Source: Macrostomum lignano
Lineage: Eukaryota
Assembly: GCA_002269645.1 (NCBI GenBank)
Contig: NIVC01004038.1
Coordinates: 1 to 63,369, forward strand
DNA length: 63,369 nucleotides
Direction of reading: 5' to 3'
The notes beneath the pieces were generated by a model that saw only the letters and a list, made by a program, of their open reading frames with translations, did no database searches and was not told where the DNA came from. The translations under genes and the position numbers were made by a program. Every line of letters begins with the position of its first letter. Position 1 is the first letter of the stretch. Of the stretch, positions 33,173-49,149 are shown piece by piece.

Positions 33173-34164
33173 ATGATGTCCGAAGGCAGCAGCGGTCCCC
33201 GGATCGACACGGCTCTTCTGGTCCTGTCCGGTAAAGGCGGCGTCGGAAAGTCGACAGTCAGCGTGCAGCTGGCGCTGGCCCTGGCACAGGCGGGCCACAG
33301 GGTCGGCCTGCTTGACATCGACCTGTGCGGGCCCAGTGTGCCGCGAATGCTGGGTCTGGAGGGCCAGCGGGTTCACCAGTGCCCGGAGGGCTGGGTGCCG
33401 GTGCACCTGAGGCTGCCCGGAGCTGCCTCAGACGGCGCCGAACTCCTAGTCATGTCGATCGGCTTCCTGTTGGAAGGTCGAGACGATCCAGTGATTTGGC
33501 GGGGCCCGAAGAAGACCAGCATGGTGGGCCAGTTTGTGCGGGATGTGCACTGGCAGCGGCTGGACTACCTGGTGGTAAGTGGCAGCACTGCAGTAGTGTG
33601 GGGTTCAGCAGTGTCAGATTGAGCAGTCAGCAGTGTCAGATCGAGCAGTCGGCAGTGTCAGATCGAGCAGTCGGCAGTGTCAGCCTCCACCCTATTCCCG
33701 GCCCATCCCAGGTGGACACACCTCCGGGAACCACGGACGAGCACCTGGCAGTGCTGGAGGCGCTACCAGTCGGCTCGGCCTGCCGCAGGCGCGGCGCGGT
33801 GGCCGTCACGACGCCGCAAATCGTGGCCGTCGGCGACGTCCGCCGCGAGCTGGACTTCTGCGCCAAGACGGGCCTCGCCGTGCTGGGCATCGTGGAGAAC
33901 ATGAGCGGCTTCGCCTGCCCGCACTGCGCCGGCTGCAGCAACCCGTTCTCCAGTGGCGGCGGCCGCGAGCTCGCCAGGGCCAAGGCGCTGCCCTTCCTCG
34001 GCTGCCTGCCGATCGACCCCAGCCTGGCGGCCTGTCTGGACGAAGGCCAGGCGGCCGGCGCCAAGGCGCTGTCGTCGCCAGCTCAGCTACTGGCGCAGGA
34101 GGTGGCAACCAGACTGAGGGAGCAGCTGGATAGGGAGGCGGCTGCTGGTGGGGACCAGGCCTAG
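33173..34164 (+). CDS. NUBP2: Cytosolic Fe-S cluster assembly factor NUBP2/Cfd1 (about 284 aa); exons 33173-33574, 33712-34164
   Basis: Deviant Walker [11 protein letters not shown]; DIDLCGPS; VIWRGPKK; VDTPPGT.DEH; VTTPQ; ENMSGF.CPHC; lacks the N-terminal Cys cluster of NUBP1. Confidence 0.95.
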
Positions 34165-34194
34165 CTAATCTGCGACTCTGTGCGACTGTAGACA

Positions 34195-34320
34195 GATCCT
34201 CAAGTGCTGGGCCAGCCTCCCAGATCCTCAGTTGCTGGTCTCAAGCCTCCCAGATCCTCAGTTGCTGGTCTCAAGCCTCCCAGATCCTCAGTTGCTGGGC
34301 CCTAACCTCTCAGATCCTCA
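34195..34320. repeat. Short minisatellite (about 30-bp CCCAGATCCTCAGTTGCTGGTCTCAAGCCT)
   Basis: About 4 tandem copies downstream of NUBP2. Confidence 0.85.
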
Positions 34321-34883
34321 TTCACACCAATGGTTGCCCATCAGTGAGATCTGTTTTTTTGTAACGCAGCCGCACAGCTGAGCTAATTTAAACTCGTAGT
34401 TTTGGCTTTGGAACCCACAGCACTTGCAGTTGGCGCACTTTGATAACATTGCTTCGGTGCATTTGAGGAGACTGAAAACCCAGCTCCTAGCTGGAGATCG
34501 ACTTGGTTTCAATACTTATTCTGAATTATCCTTGGCATCTGTAGTTTATTCTGCTTGTTGATTGATTTCGCTCGCAGATTCTATTGCCATCATTTCATTG
34601 ATTGCTATCCATGCCGACTGCTTCTGCCTTCAGGCATCAAGTTTCTTTGATTGTTTAATTTTAACATTTCGTTAATTAATAAAATATCTTCAACTTTCTG
34701 ATTTACATGTACGCATTACGCCACTTATGACGTCATTTTTTGATAAGTAGTATGCAACTAGTTCAAAAGAATCTGCCTTTTATGGAGTCAAATTCATTGT
34801 TAAATAAGCTGATCAGAGATGCAGTAAAGACTACTTTATCGGCTGCGTACATGCATATGGTGTAAATACTAGCATATTGGTTG

Positions 34884-36706
34884 TCATAGCAACACAGTAT
34901 CTGCTGCCAGCCAAGCAGTTGCCAGGGCGGCTGCTATCCAGTAGTAGACTGCTGCAGCACTGGTGCCGCCGGCTGCGGGCTCTGCGGCCAGCATGAGGCC
35001 GGCCTGCAGCTTGGGGGCCGCCTGGCCAGAGTTGCAGCCGGGGTGCCGGCACACTCGCTCGTACTCGAACATCGGGTAGTTGCGGCCGTACACCGAGCTG
35101 GCGTGCGGCATGCAGTCGGCGAGGTACATCGCCGACTCGAACGCCCGACCGTTGTACTTGATCTGCCGAGTCAGCTGCTGAAGGGGAGAATCGGGAGGGG
35201 CAATTAGCACTGTTGTTCGATGATCTTCCATGCAGCCATCCGCTTCCACGCTGAATCTTTAATATCGGAGTACTTTGAACTATGGCATATTGGCACTCTG
35301 GTCAATGTTGGTTTTAGCTACTAATAGTAGTTCAAACAGTAGCGAGCCTTTTACCACTTCCTTATCACCACTGCCCGCTGCTATCAGCGCTGGAAGCCGC
35401 TTGATTCGCATTGCGGTGATTTATGCCAGCTGATAAAGGCTGGCACACTGCATGTACAGCTGACTGCCGCTGAGTTCCAGTCATGTGCGTGTGGCTGCCA
35501 AGCCACTGCTAATGAATGCTGGCCCTATTAAGGATTTTTTTCGCCTTCATCGCGCGGACTTGTTTTAGTTCCAGCTCGAAGTTTTTTGAAAAACATTCTG
35601 GGCGGCGCCGTTGCGCAGTTTTTGCCGGCTTTTCCAGAGCTGACAGCGCCAGCGAATAGTTGAACTGCAGTGGTGGGTTGCGGGGGAGCCCGCCTGCTGT
35701 CTTCACTGTTGGGGCCTTCCTCGACCGCTAATGGCGATGGCGCATGCACTTCAGTTTGTTTGAAATTCAGCGTTTTTTATTATTAGTTTTGGGAGCCGTT
35801 AGCGCTGCGTTGGTTCGTTAGCGCGTCTTTAACTGCTGAACTGGGCCGGGTTGCTTCACAAGACGGAATTCGAGTTGCGGTGGGGTTGGAGCTTCGAAAT
35901 TGAGTTTAGGTTTAATGAGACCCTTGAAACGCACCTTGATGTGACTCGACAGCCAGACGAATGGACGGACACACAGACAGACCCACGGACAGATCGACAG
36001 ACACTAAGACAGACAGACAGACAGACCGACAGATGCAAACAGAGACAGGTGACAGGCAGTTGCAGACAAGATAGGATGAGAAAGTACATGTACTCAATGA
36101 GGCGCCTGGAAGCTTGCGCAGGCAGTTCATGCACATCATACTGTTAGAGCCAAGCAGCCACTCCGCAAGTGCAAACCTCTCTTCTAAAGCGGCTTTTAAA
36201 ACGCATCGCGATTCGCGAAAGCAAACTTTTAAAGAAGTTGGGTTTATCGTACAGCCTGTTGACATCCTCTCGACATCAAAGAGCAACAGGATGAACAAAG
36301 CTTCTGGCCACTAGGAATGTGAAAGCGGCAGAAGAGCTGCTCCTAAAAGTGACCGAAGGAGACAAGCCTAGCCTACACGTCCAGCACAGCTTTCCTTTTT
36401 GCTTCCTGACAATGCAGATTTACATGACTACTCTGGCTTTCACGTCTCTGACCGCGGCTCTGCGTACTATGCGTTCTACCAGATGTAACTAGGCAGCGAC
36501 TGAAGCATGCGTTGGGTGGCCTGGGGGCTGCCGTGACGGGAGACAGCAGTTGGCGCTGGGCTGTCAGCAGTGCGTAGGCGAGGGTGAGGGAGACGCCAGG
36601 AGGACATGAGAGAGAGAGCAGTGTGCAGTGAGACTATATCTATCTATCTGACGTCTGTCTGTCTATCTATCTATCTATCAATCTATCTATCTATCTATCT
36701 ATCTAA

Positions 36707-36778
<72 letters not shown>

Positions 36779-38920
36779 TCATCCACCCCAACTGCAGCCC
36801 AGCTCACAGCTAGCAGGCACACCGGTGTCTGCACCAGTTTCCCGCCTGCCCTGCTGTCATTGACTGCGTTTGTCAGCTCCAGGACTCTGTCGCTGCACGG
36901 CTGCAGCTGGAACTGGTCGATGCGGCGGCCGTGGCCAACCCAGCAGTGCAGCCGGCGCCGCGCCCCCGTCTCGCCGCTGCCCAGCCAGTTGTTGTTGCAG
37001 CCGCTGCTGTTGCAGTACATGGTAGTGCGGGCGTTGAACATCAGCGAGGCAAAGTCTGGCAGCTGCGAGCCGCCGCCGGAGGAGCGCTGGCAGCTCCGGG
37101 CCGCGTGCACGATTGTGCTGCTGGCGTCCTGGAGGAACGCCACCTGCCATTTGGATGATTCAGTTTGCAACGTAGTGGAAATTATGGCCGATCACGAAAC
37201 GCAACCCAATTCAAGAGCCGTGACCGAAGCCTGCCCAAAAGCATAATCTTTCCTCTGATTCCTAAAGTTAAAGTCTGTAGACTTACATTAAAGCCCAAAA
37301 ACCATCAACTCTGAAACAACTATGGACCCAAGCCCCTGAACCCAAGCCCCTGAACCCAAGCCCCTAAACCCAAGCCCCTGAACCCAAGCCCCTAAACCCA
37401 AGCCCCTGAACCCAAGCCCCTAAACCCAAGCCCCTAAACCCAAGCCCCTAAACCCAAGCCCCTGGACCCAAGCCCCTAAACCCAAGCCCCTGAACCCAAG
37501 CCCCTGGACCCAAGCCCCTGAACCCAAGCCCCTGAACCCAAGCCCCTGAACCCAAGCCCCTGAACCCAAGCCCCTAAACCCAAGCCCCAAACCCAAGCCC
37601 CTGAACCCAAGCCCCTAAACCCAAGCCCCAAACCCAAGCCCCTGAACCCAAGCCCCTAAACCCAAGCCCCTGAACCCAAGCCCCTGAACCCAAGCCCCTA
37701 AACCCAAGCCCCTGAACCCAAGCCCATGAACCCAAGCCCCTGAACCCAAGCCCATGAACCCAAGCCCCTAAACCCAAGCCCCTAAACCCAAGCCCATGAA
37801 CCCAAGCCCCTAAACCCAAGCCCCTAAACCCAAGCCCCAAACCCAAGCCCCTGAACCCAAGCCCCTGAACCCCCCTGAGCCCAAGCCCCTAAACCCAAGC
37901 CCCTAAACCCCCCTGAGCCCAAGCCCCTAAACCCAAGCCCCTAAACCCAAGCCCCCAAACCCAAGCCCCTGGACCCAAGCCCCTAAACCCAAGCCCCTGA
38001 ACCCAAGCCCCTAAACCCAAGCCCCAAACCCAAGCCCCTGAACCCAAGCCCCTGAACCCAAGCCCCTGAACCCAAGCCCCTAAACCCAAGCCCCTGAACC
38101 CAAGCCCATGAACCCAAGCCCCTGAACCCAAGCCCATGAACCCAAGCCCCTAAACCCAAGCCCCTAAACCCAAGCCCATGAACCCAAGCCCCTAAACCCA
38201 AGCCCCTAAACCCAAGCCCCAAACCCAAGCCCCTGAACCAAAGCCCCTGAACCCCCCTGAGCCCAAGCCCCTAAACCCAAGCCCCTAAACCCCCCTGAGC
38301 CCAAGCCCCTAAACCCAAGCCCCTAAACCCAAGCCCCTGAACCCAAGCCCTTGAACCCGAATTGCCGCAATCCAGCAGGCCTCACCTTGCAGGCGTGGCC
38401 GTCACCGCAGGGCTCCAGGCGCACGCGCCGGCCAGAGGCGCAGTCCGGGTTGTTCAGCGGCATGGCCATGTGCTTGTAGAACACGCAGGAGAGGCAGCTC
38501 AGAGGATCGTTCGATGCCGAAGCAGCTGCTGGTTGGAGAAGCCACTCAGTTTGATTAATTGATAAATAATAAATGGAAGATATACCCTGTAGCTATACAA
38601 TTCAAGCCAAAGAAATATTTTAGCAAAAAATAACAAAGCTCTTGAAACTCTAGAAGCGAATTTTCGTTTCTTAGAAATTAGGTGCCTCTTTTCTAACACT
38701 GAAATTTCGAGTTTGAGACAGTGTCCCAGAATCAAGAGTAAGAATTCTCAATGGCTACTAAACAAAATTATCAATGCACTGGAAGTATTGAGTCACAGAG
38801 ATATGCAGCCTCAAGCTTCATAGCCTGATGAAGATTCTGAGGCACAGCCTCACCTGAACACGAGCTGCAGAGGAAGACCAGCAGAAGCAGAAGCACAAGC
38901 AGACTCCGCCGACTCTTCAT
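34884..38920 (-). CDS. Secreted, putatively GPI-anchored protein with two Ly6/uPAR (three-finger)-like domains (about 279 aa); exons 38920-38854, 38528-38386, 37143-36808, 35177-34884
   Basis: Signal-peptide exon MKSRRSLLVLLLLLVFLCSSCS; LSCLSC...CNSSGCN and LHC...VCRHPGCN domains; hydrophobic C-terminal tail; all four exons join with GT-AG in compatible phases. Confidence 0.8.
36640..36777. repeat. (ATCT)n microsatellite
   Basis: Direct. Confidence 0.97.
37326..38357. repeat. Intronic minisatellite, about 14-bp unit (AACCCAAGCCCCT[A/G]), telomere-like C/G skew
   Basis: Tandem array in intron 2 of the Ly6-like gene. Confidence 0.95.
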
Positions 38921-39499
38921 CGTGACCGGCCTGCCAAGGGAAATCAAAAATGCTCAAGCTTTGATCTGCATGGGTCTGCGGTTCAGGCTTGAATGAGACA
39001 GGCTCACTGAATAGCCGCCAGCTCGCGACAGTCAAAGACCTGAGAGGCATGCATTAGGCAGTCAGATGCCAAACTGCAGGGCTGGGGCGGGTGGAGACGG
39101 GCAGACAGAGGTTAGATAGCTAGGCCAAGTTTGAGTTTCTTGAGCACTTCAAGCGGGTGGAGACGAGGTGGCTTAAGGTTTTCTAGCGTTAGAATGCTGC
39201 GCCGCTCCGCCTGCACCTGGGCCGCCTTCTCTCTGCCCCTGACTTGCTCAGCTGACCGGGCCACAATTGCGTCTGGAGTTTCTGGCCCGGCAAGTGCGCG
39301 CTTATTATGTGCTCGACCTGAGCTGCCTTCTCTGAGCAGAGCAGGCACTCCGGTATCAGAGCGAAAATTTAAATAAAATACTCAGCGCTTTCTTCTGGTG
39401 TACACTTGGAGCATTTGGGATTGTAGGGCGCTCGTGCACTGATTGCTGGGGCACCTAGCTCTGACCAGCGATAATTCTACGAGTATATATCCATGCCGC

Positions 39500-40115
39500 T
39501 CACACCGGCACTCCTGACACCTCACATTGGCACTCCTGACACCTCACACCGGCACTCCTGACACTTCACCTCGGCGTTCCTGACACCTCACATAGGAACT
39601 CTTGACACCTCACATCTCTGACACAGTATAGGCATATCTGACACAGTATAGGCATATCTGACACAGTATAGGCATATCTGACACAGTATAGGCATATCTG
39701 ACACAGTATAGGCATATCTGACACAGTATAGGCATATCTGACACAGTATAGGCATATCTGACACAGTATAGGCATATCTGACACAGTATAGGCATATCTG
39801 ACACAGTATAGGCATATCTGACACAGTATAGGCATATCTGACACAGTATAGGCATATCTGACACAGTATAGGCATATCTGACACAGTAAAGGCATATCTG
39901 ACACAGTATAGGCATATCTGACACAGTAAAGGCATATCTGACACAGTATAGGCATATCTGACACAGTATAGGCAAATCTGACACAGTAAAGGCATATCTG
40001 ACACAGTATAGGCAAATCTGACACAGTATAGGCATATCTGACACAGTATAGGCATATCTGACACAGTATAGGCATATCTGACACAGTATAGGCTTATCTG
40101 ACACAGTATAGGCAT
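39500..40115. repeat. Minisatellites: short CTCCTGACACCTCACA array followed by a 20-bp unit (ACACAGTATAGGCATATCTG) x about 25
   Basis: Direct periodicity. Confidence 0.95.
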
Positions 40116-42316
40116 CTGTGAAACAGTTTAAATAGAAATTGAAATACCTTGTGAAGAAAGCTTTTTAGAAAAGTGTTCAACTTGCTGAATTTACACGTGG
40201 CTTCTTCAGCACCTTGACATTTGCTGCTAGGGCTCGGGGAGAATTGTGTGAGCAGTAAAAAGCTTAATCGGCCCTGAAAGGATATGCGTGGGGATTTTTT
40301 TGGATTTACTCATTACATGCACTCCGCTATGCATGGCGCTCTCTCATTCGCTGACGGTCCGCGGACCAAACGGAAGCAGCCGTATAATTGGCGGCTATTT
40401 TGCCCTGCTTCTTCTAGCAGCAACTGTTTGCCATGCATGCTTGCTTTGTACTTGACTTGTTGCCGTGGCCCGATCTCGTAGCGTTGACGAGCTTCGGGTG
40501 CGGGGGCTGCCCTCTATCGCCATTCGCAGCACTCGTGCTGCAACTGCAGTTTCTGTTATTCTTCTATTTGCCTAATACATTAATCGCCCAGCAGCCTTGC
40601 GCAGCCGACTGCCGTGCGGCGGTAGCCAGAAGCGGCGTGGATTCCACCAGATAAGGGAATTCGAGAATGCTTTCTGCGCATAGAAGCTGCGTCTACCATA
40701 TTTATGCGGCTGGAAAGAGATTTGCAGATACATCCTGAACAATATTGTAAAATTTTGCAGACGCGTCAGCATGCATAATAAATCCTACATACATGTACGA
40801 GCGTACTTGTACCAGAGCAGATATTATGTAGATGATCTTTAATGATCTGCCGCTGAACGCATGTGTAGTGAAATTGATTATGTTAGCTTTTTATTTCTGG
40901 TACTTTATTATATTGAAATAGCATTTATTGCACGCCAGCAGACGGACGCTTTAATTTAGGCTGTATTAATATAGTCCACTGGAAATAAGATACGTCACGT
41001 ACATGCACAGCAAACTAAAGTACAATTTAATCTGAGACCGTAGCAATCGGGGCAGTGGGCCCTCCCTATAGCCCCCACAAATATTGCGTTCAACAAAAAG
41101 CTAAATGAAAGAGATGATAACCAAGCTCGACGAAAGACAGAAGCTCAATTTTGCCGTTTCTGGGAATTGGCATCCTACCCGGCATAAGAGACGGGGGTAG
41201 TGGCGCCCACTAAGAGCCAGGAACGTCCACCAAGACATATTGGCTCCCCTAAGGGTTGCAGCACCTCTAATAAGCTCCCGCGTACATCTATGCCACATTA
41301 CGTCAAGGCACAAATACCAGGCCGGATATCTATTGATCACGCAAACATTGGTACATGCACATGTACATGTCACGGACAACTAGAGTAGAAGGACGCTACA
41401 CTCGCGAATGGAGGCCAAAATTCAAAAATCAATATCTCTTGATTCGCTGCATGAAAACTAAAAATTATTTCACTAGGTTGCTCAGAAATTTGTTGTCTCG
41501 AGTAAAAACGATTAATTCTCCGCTTTGCTATTAATCGGCACTGAGCATGTACAGAAAACTAATCAGTCAGAAAATAACGCAGTTGAAAGTCAAAGCAGAC
41601 CCATTCGGGCATACAAGCCACAGCCCCCTTCTAGTAGATTATTTTATTTTGTGCCATCAGTGAAATATCTGATGCATAATCAGCTTATAAAAGCCGTATG
41701 AAAACAAGTGCGAATGTGTATACTATATAGGCTTTTATATAGATTTAAAGCCGAAAGTTTTCGGATATATCAGAGTTGGAAGCAATTGAGATAAATATAA
41801 CGTTACTGTACATGAATTGTAGTAGAACTTTATCAACAACGAAACAAACAATACTATAATAATAAAGCAATAAGGCAATAAAGATGAATGATTTATAAAT
41901 GTTGTAAATGATAAGGTAATATTTGATGTAAACCTGGGAAAAACCAGTAAATAAAAACTGTAGGTGGCACCTAATGGGAACAGGTGGGACACTTTCTTTT
42001 GCGATGCTAGGAAACTTTTGTGACGCAGTGGGGATAATTGTGGATACTGAGGGTACAGTAGGGCTCCGGATAGCTACTATACCACGTAAGGACGGTAGGG
42101 ACTGGGGGAGGCATTATTCATTTACTGAACGTATGAGCATATTAAATCTGGTGCAATTATAATACTAAGAATAATAATGATAAGCAAATAATGATAATTA
42201 ACGAACTGTAATTTTGAACACCGACAAACAGCAGCAAATTAGAACAATACTATCTACTTCTCGTCTACTTGTTGTCTACTTCTCGAATTCAGTGCGCCAC
42301 GACAAATCGACGCCTC

Positions 42317-43425
42317 TCACCGAATCAGTCCCTTTAGAAGGACGTTCGCCAAACGCCAAGATATTCTACGATGTTCTTTCGTCGTATGTACAACGTCGCT
42401 AGGAACCTCAACGTCAACAAAAGCTATAAATGCTTTGTCGAACAATTTGGTCAACCGAATTGAACGCTGTAAACGCACTGTAGAGAACAGATGATAGCAT
42501 AGTACAGCAAAAACGACTAACCACTCTGGGGGATGACGCAACTTGCCCCGCGATAGCAAAGAGGTGAACTCACACTCGGCTGACACATAAACTGGATGGA
42601 TATCTGATTCGTCTTGGAGCCTCTTCATATCGCCGGTTCGAAAAACGGAACCGGTTCCGAACCGGTTTGACGCTCTTCATATCGATGGTTCGAAAAACAG
42701 AATCAGTTCCGGAACATGGTTCTGGTTCTGGAATATGCTTTGTTGTCATGTCATGTTTACACTTTAACAGTAAAATATATTTGAAATCGTCAATTTTTTA
42801 TTATTGTTAAATAATTATTCCGTTTTTTGTCATATCCAAGAGGAAACAAAGTCAAAGAACGACAAAATTAAATTGTAAAGACTGTCAAACATAGAATGGG
42901 TTCGAAGCTCTTCATTTCACACTGGTTCTGGTTCTAGAACTCGAATTTATTCTGGTTCTAGAACCGATTGCCGTGAAGAGGCTCTTGGTTTGCTGCGACG
43001 TCCACCTTGTGCGCTACATATCCGCAAACATAATAGATAGCTGATCATTCGCTGTCGTACCTTTCAATGTCTGCCAAAGGGAACTTGGTGGACACAAAAA
43101 AATCGATGGTGGGTCAACTGGTTGGAAACAATTGTTTACTTTAATAAGTGGTGCACCATCTGGCCAATGCTTTGACCAAATGCCCACATGCTTAGTGATA
43201 GTCTGAAAAGAGATACTATGGTGTATTAGAGATACTATGGTGTACTACTAATATAGAAAAATATTGAGAAATGCTTTGAATTCCAGCTCTCACCTTTATT
43301 GTACTAGGCAATGCTTGATGCCAATGATTGAATTCTTTAGTGTCAGAAGGAAAGCGATATACTGGAACCTTGTTTCCAGACTTATAGTTTGGACAAAATT
43401 GTCGAAGGCAACATTTTCTTGACAT
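42317..43425 (-). pseudogene. P-element transposase remnant: THAP domain fused by deletion to the C-terminal region
   Basis: MSRKCC..FCPNY...VYRFP...W.QALP and SKHWPDGAP...PPSIF (THAP); YYVCGYVAHK and EFTSLLSRGKLRHPP (C-terminal P-transposase motifs); stops, frameshift, missing catalytic core. Confidence 0.75.
42617..42984. mobile_element. PIF/Harbinger-type MITE nested in the P-element
   Basis: TIRs GAGCCTCTTCA..; 3-bp TSD TTG (42614-42616, 42985-42987); removing it restores the reading frame ...VAANQDESDIH... Confidence 0.78.
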
Positions 43426-45753
43426 TAATTAACGACAGACATTGATAATAATAAAGCAAAGGAATAACATTTTATTATTATTTTTTATTACTCAGTTTCT
43501 TTCAGAAAGACAAAATGAATAGGATACTAAGCATAATTAATATGTTGTAATTTCTTTATATTCAAATTGACAAAAAAGAAATATACTAATAAATATATAC
43601 ATAAACATATACATACCTAAGACAAAAACAAAAAATGACATACAGTAGGCAGATTATACAATTTTTAAGTATTAAAGAGCAAAACAATCAATGACAATTA
43701 GCCATTAAGACTTTAAATAGTATCATATAAATATGATATTATCATAAATCAGTTATAATTCTAAGTAAATCAAACTTTGAGGTAATGATTGTGTTTGGGA
43801 TGTCTGACATCTGAGTTCGAGTCTACAGATGGCATAGACACAAATCAATAACAGTTTTCTGTTACAAAACAACCATTTCAAATCAAAGTAAACAAAAACT
43901 AAAGCTACCCTATAATATACTAAGTATATTGATCATAGGCATGAGATTTGAGATCTACTACAGATAGTACACAGGCTGGATGTATAGACTGGCTTGGTCA
44001 TTGTCCATTACTGAATACAGTAGACATGCATAGCCTAATATTAATAATAGTAGGGAATACTGTACTACTAGATAGGCCACAGGACTACTAGAGTAGAGTA
44101 TGCCTTATAATTATAATTATAATGTAAATGAAAAAAGTAGAATGCTACACTTTCGCGTTGAAAGCCTTATAAAATTCAACAAAGCAATAATGCTTTCAAC
44201 TTATATCAAAATAAGAACGTCACAGCTTCTTCGACTCAAATTTAGCTGCCTATCTCGCATGAAAAATTTTATATTCCTCCATCTCGCTAGTGTATTTACG
44301 CAAAAATTTGGCCTCCAGCCCGATTTCCACGAAAGCCGAGTGTAACGTCCTTCTACTCTAGTTGTCCATGGTACATGTACATGTACAGAAGTTACGGGTG
44401 TGTATTAATATTCAGCTGTTCATTTCATTTTGTATAAACATGCATGTAGAAGGTACCGCACCTTATTCGTTTTAGTGGAATTTCACATTTGTTTCCGTCA
44501 ATTTTTTCTCGCGGAAACAAAATAATTCTATGCAATAGCTGCAATTTTATGGAGTGACAAATACAAGAAATAGCACAGTTTTAATTATGATTTCCGTATT
44601 TTATAAGGTAGAGGATCACGGACTAATGAGTACTTTTATCAACTTATTTACCTAATTAGTCCGTGGGTGGAATATTACCAATATTAGGCTTAATTTGGGT
44701 CGATCCCGTGGGCCCGACCATGGCTCAACCGGATATTTCGAACCGCGCTGGGGTCAGTTTAAAAAAGTACATTTTTAGTTATCGGCAGCAGTTAAAAAAC
44801 AATTTGTTAGTGGTACAAAACATATTTTTTATTATTTTAGTGTGGGCATAAATGTGCTTTAAAAAGAAGCAATAATAACTATCTTAACAAGGCTTGTAGT
44901 CCACAAAGACAATAGATTCCTTAAGTGTATATTCACTTTTCTTCGAAAGGTCACCATATCATATTTTTTGGCCTAGCTTAGCTTTGCAAAAAAAGTTAAA
45001 TGTAGGCATATAGGCCTACTTGAATATTAAGAGGTTTCAACTGAAGTAACTATCTAGGTATGCGATTGATTATAGGAAAGTTGCTCAACCAATTTTCTTC
45101 AAAATTTCAATTTTTGATTAGAAATTTTCTGATGATAGTAGGCACAATAATACGAATTCAAATGTCAAAATAATTTACTGAACGGAAGTGTAGGATTGCC
45201 GAGATTTTAATTTAATACTTATGCATTTTTGCTAAGCCAAGGTCAAGCATATTTTTTACTTAAAAGACATAAAAATATTAGAAAAAAAAACTGATTGACT
45301 GAATTGAGTTCTAATCCTGATTTAAAAATGTTTTGTGCCAGTGCCAGAATCTCTTTAACTATAGTCAATGTCCCATCCACAGAATACTGTGGTCCCATCT
45401 ATATTCTACTGTTTTTAAGCATAAAATATGTCAAAATTATACCTAAAATATTACGAGCGTACTAAGATTCAAGTTAAGCCTACTATTGTTTTTATTTTTA
45501 AGCCTAATAGAAGATATAGGGGCCTACTATAATTATTATGTTAAACTATTGTTTAAGATAGCAAAATGTACTTTTTCTAAGCAATACCTATTGTTTTAAG
45601 ATTGGCTTTGGTCTTGAAATACTCGTAGAAATTTCTATCTCTAAAATTTGGACTATTGAGTTTAAAATGTGTTAGATACAAGTTAGACATATGAAAGTAA
45701 TTTAACTGAATTTATGAGGCTGCCAGCTCAACAGAGATCCTACATAATTATAA

Positions 45754-48424
<2,671 letters not shown>

Positions 48425-49149
48425 ATCCTGAGCTGTTGGAACCAGTCACTTGTTTGTGGATGTGCTGTTATTTAATACAGTTTGTATTAACTTTATTTGT
48501 TGCCGTGCACCCCCTATGCTAATTGACTTCCCTAGCTGGTTTACCTGTGTTTGAACTCTTCACTCACTTTGGCTTAATCCTCATTTGTCTAGTCTGAGTC
48601 AGATGCTCCAGCCACCTGATGGATTTTCTGTCTATTAACTGCGAATGCGGGGTCTGTGCTCTGTGTTTTATTGCCCTTTTTACAAAGTACTTTATGCACT
48701 TTACTAGTTTTTTGCAGTGCGCTCTTTTATACAAGTATTTATTGATTGATTGCGCGACCTGCACTTTCTGGGCCACTTTATTGTATATTTGCACTTTTCA
48801 TGCTTTTGGGACTTATGAATGCCCTAAAATGTCCTTTGTTTTGTGATAGCTAAGTTTTATTTTTTATGCATACTCAGGCTGGTTGGCAGAGAGATTGTTT
48901 TTAGTTCAGTAACGCCTCTGTCATCGCTAAGTTTTTATATGCTCGCATTGTTTGTGATCAAATCGTTTAGTTCAAATTGCATATGATGTTTCACTTGTTA
49001 ATCTCGAATTATAGGCTTAGCTTTAATTGTTTGTAATTGCTACTTTATTTTTCTGCTCTCAGTCACTATTAACCAGAATATATTTTATAAATTTTATTCA
49101 ATTCAGTGTCCCGTGCCCCCTTTAATCGGTTCATACTTTTATTGTTCCA

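Larger units (their letters stand above)
41371..44370 (-). mobile_element. Internally deleted P-element-superfamily transposon (3.0 kb)
   Basis: About 33-bp TIRs CAYGGACAACTAGAGTAGAAGGACGYTACACTCG; 8-bp TSD GTACATGT (41363-41370, 44371-44378); THAP and transposase C-terminal remnants inside. Confidence 0.85.
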
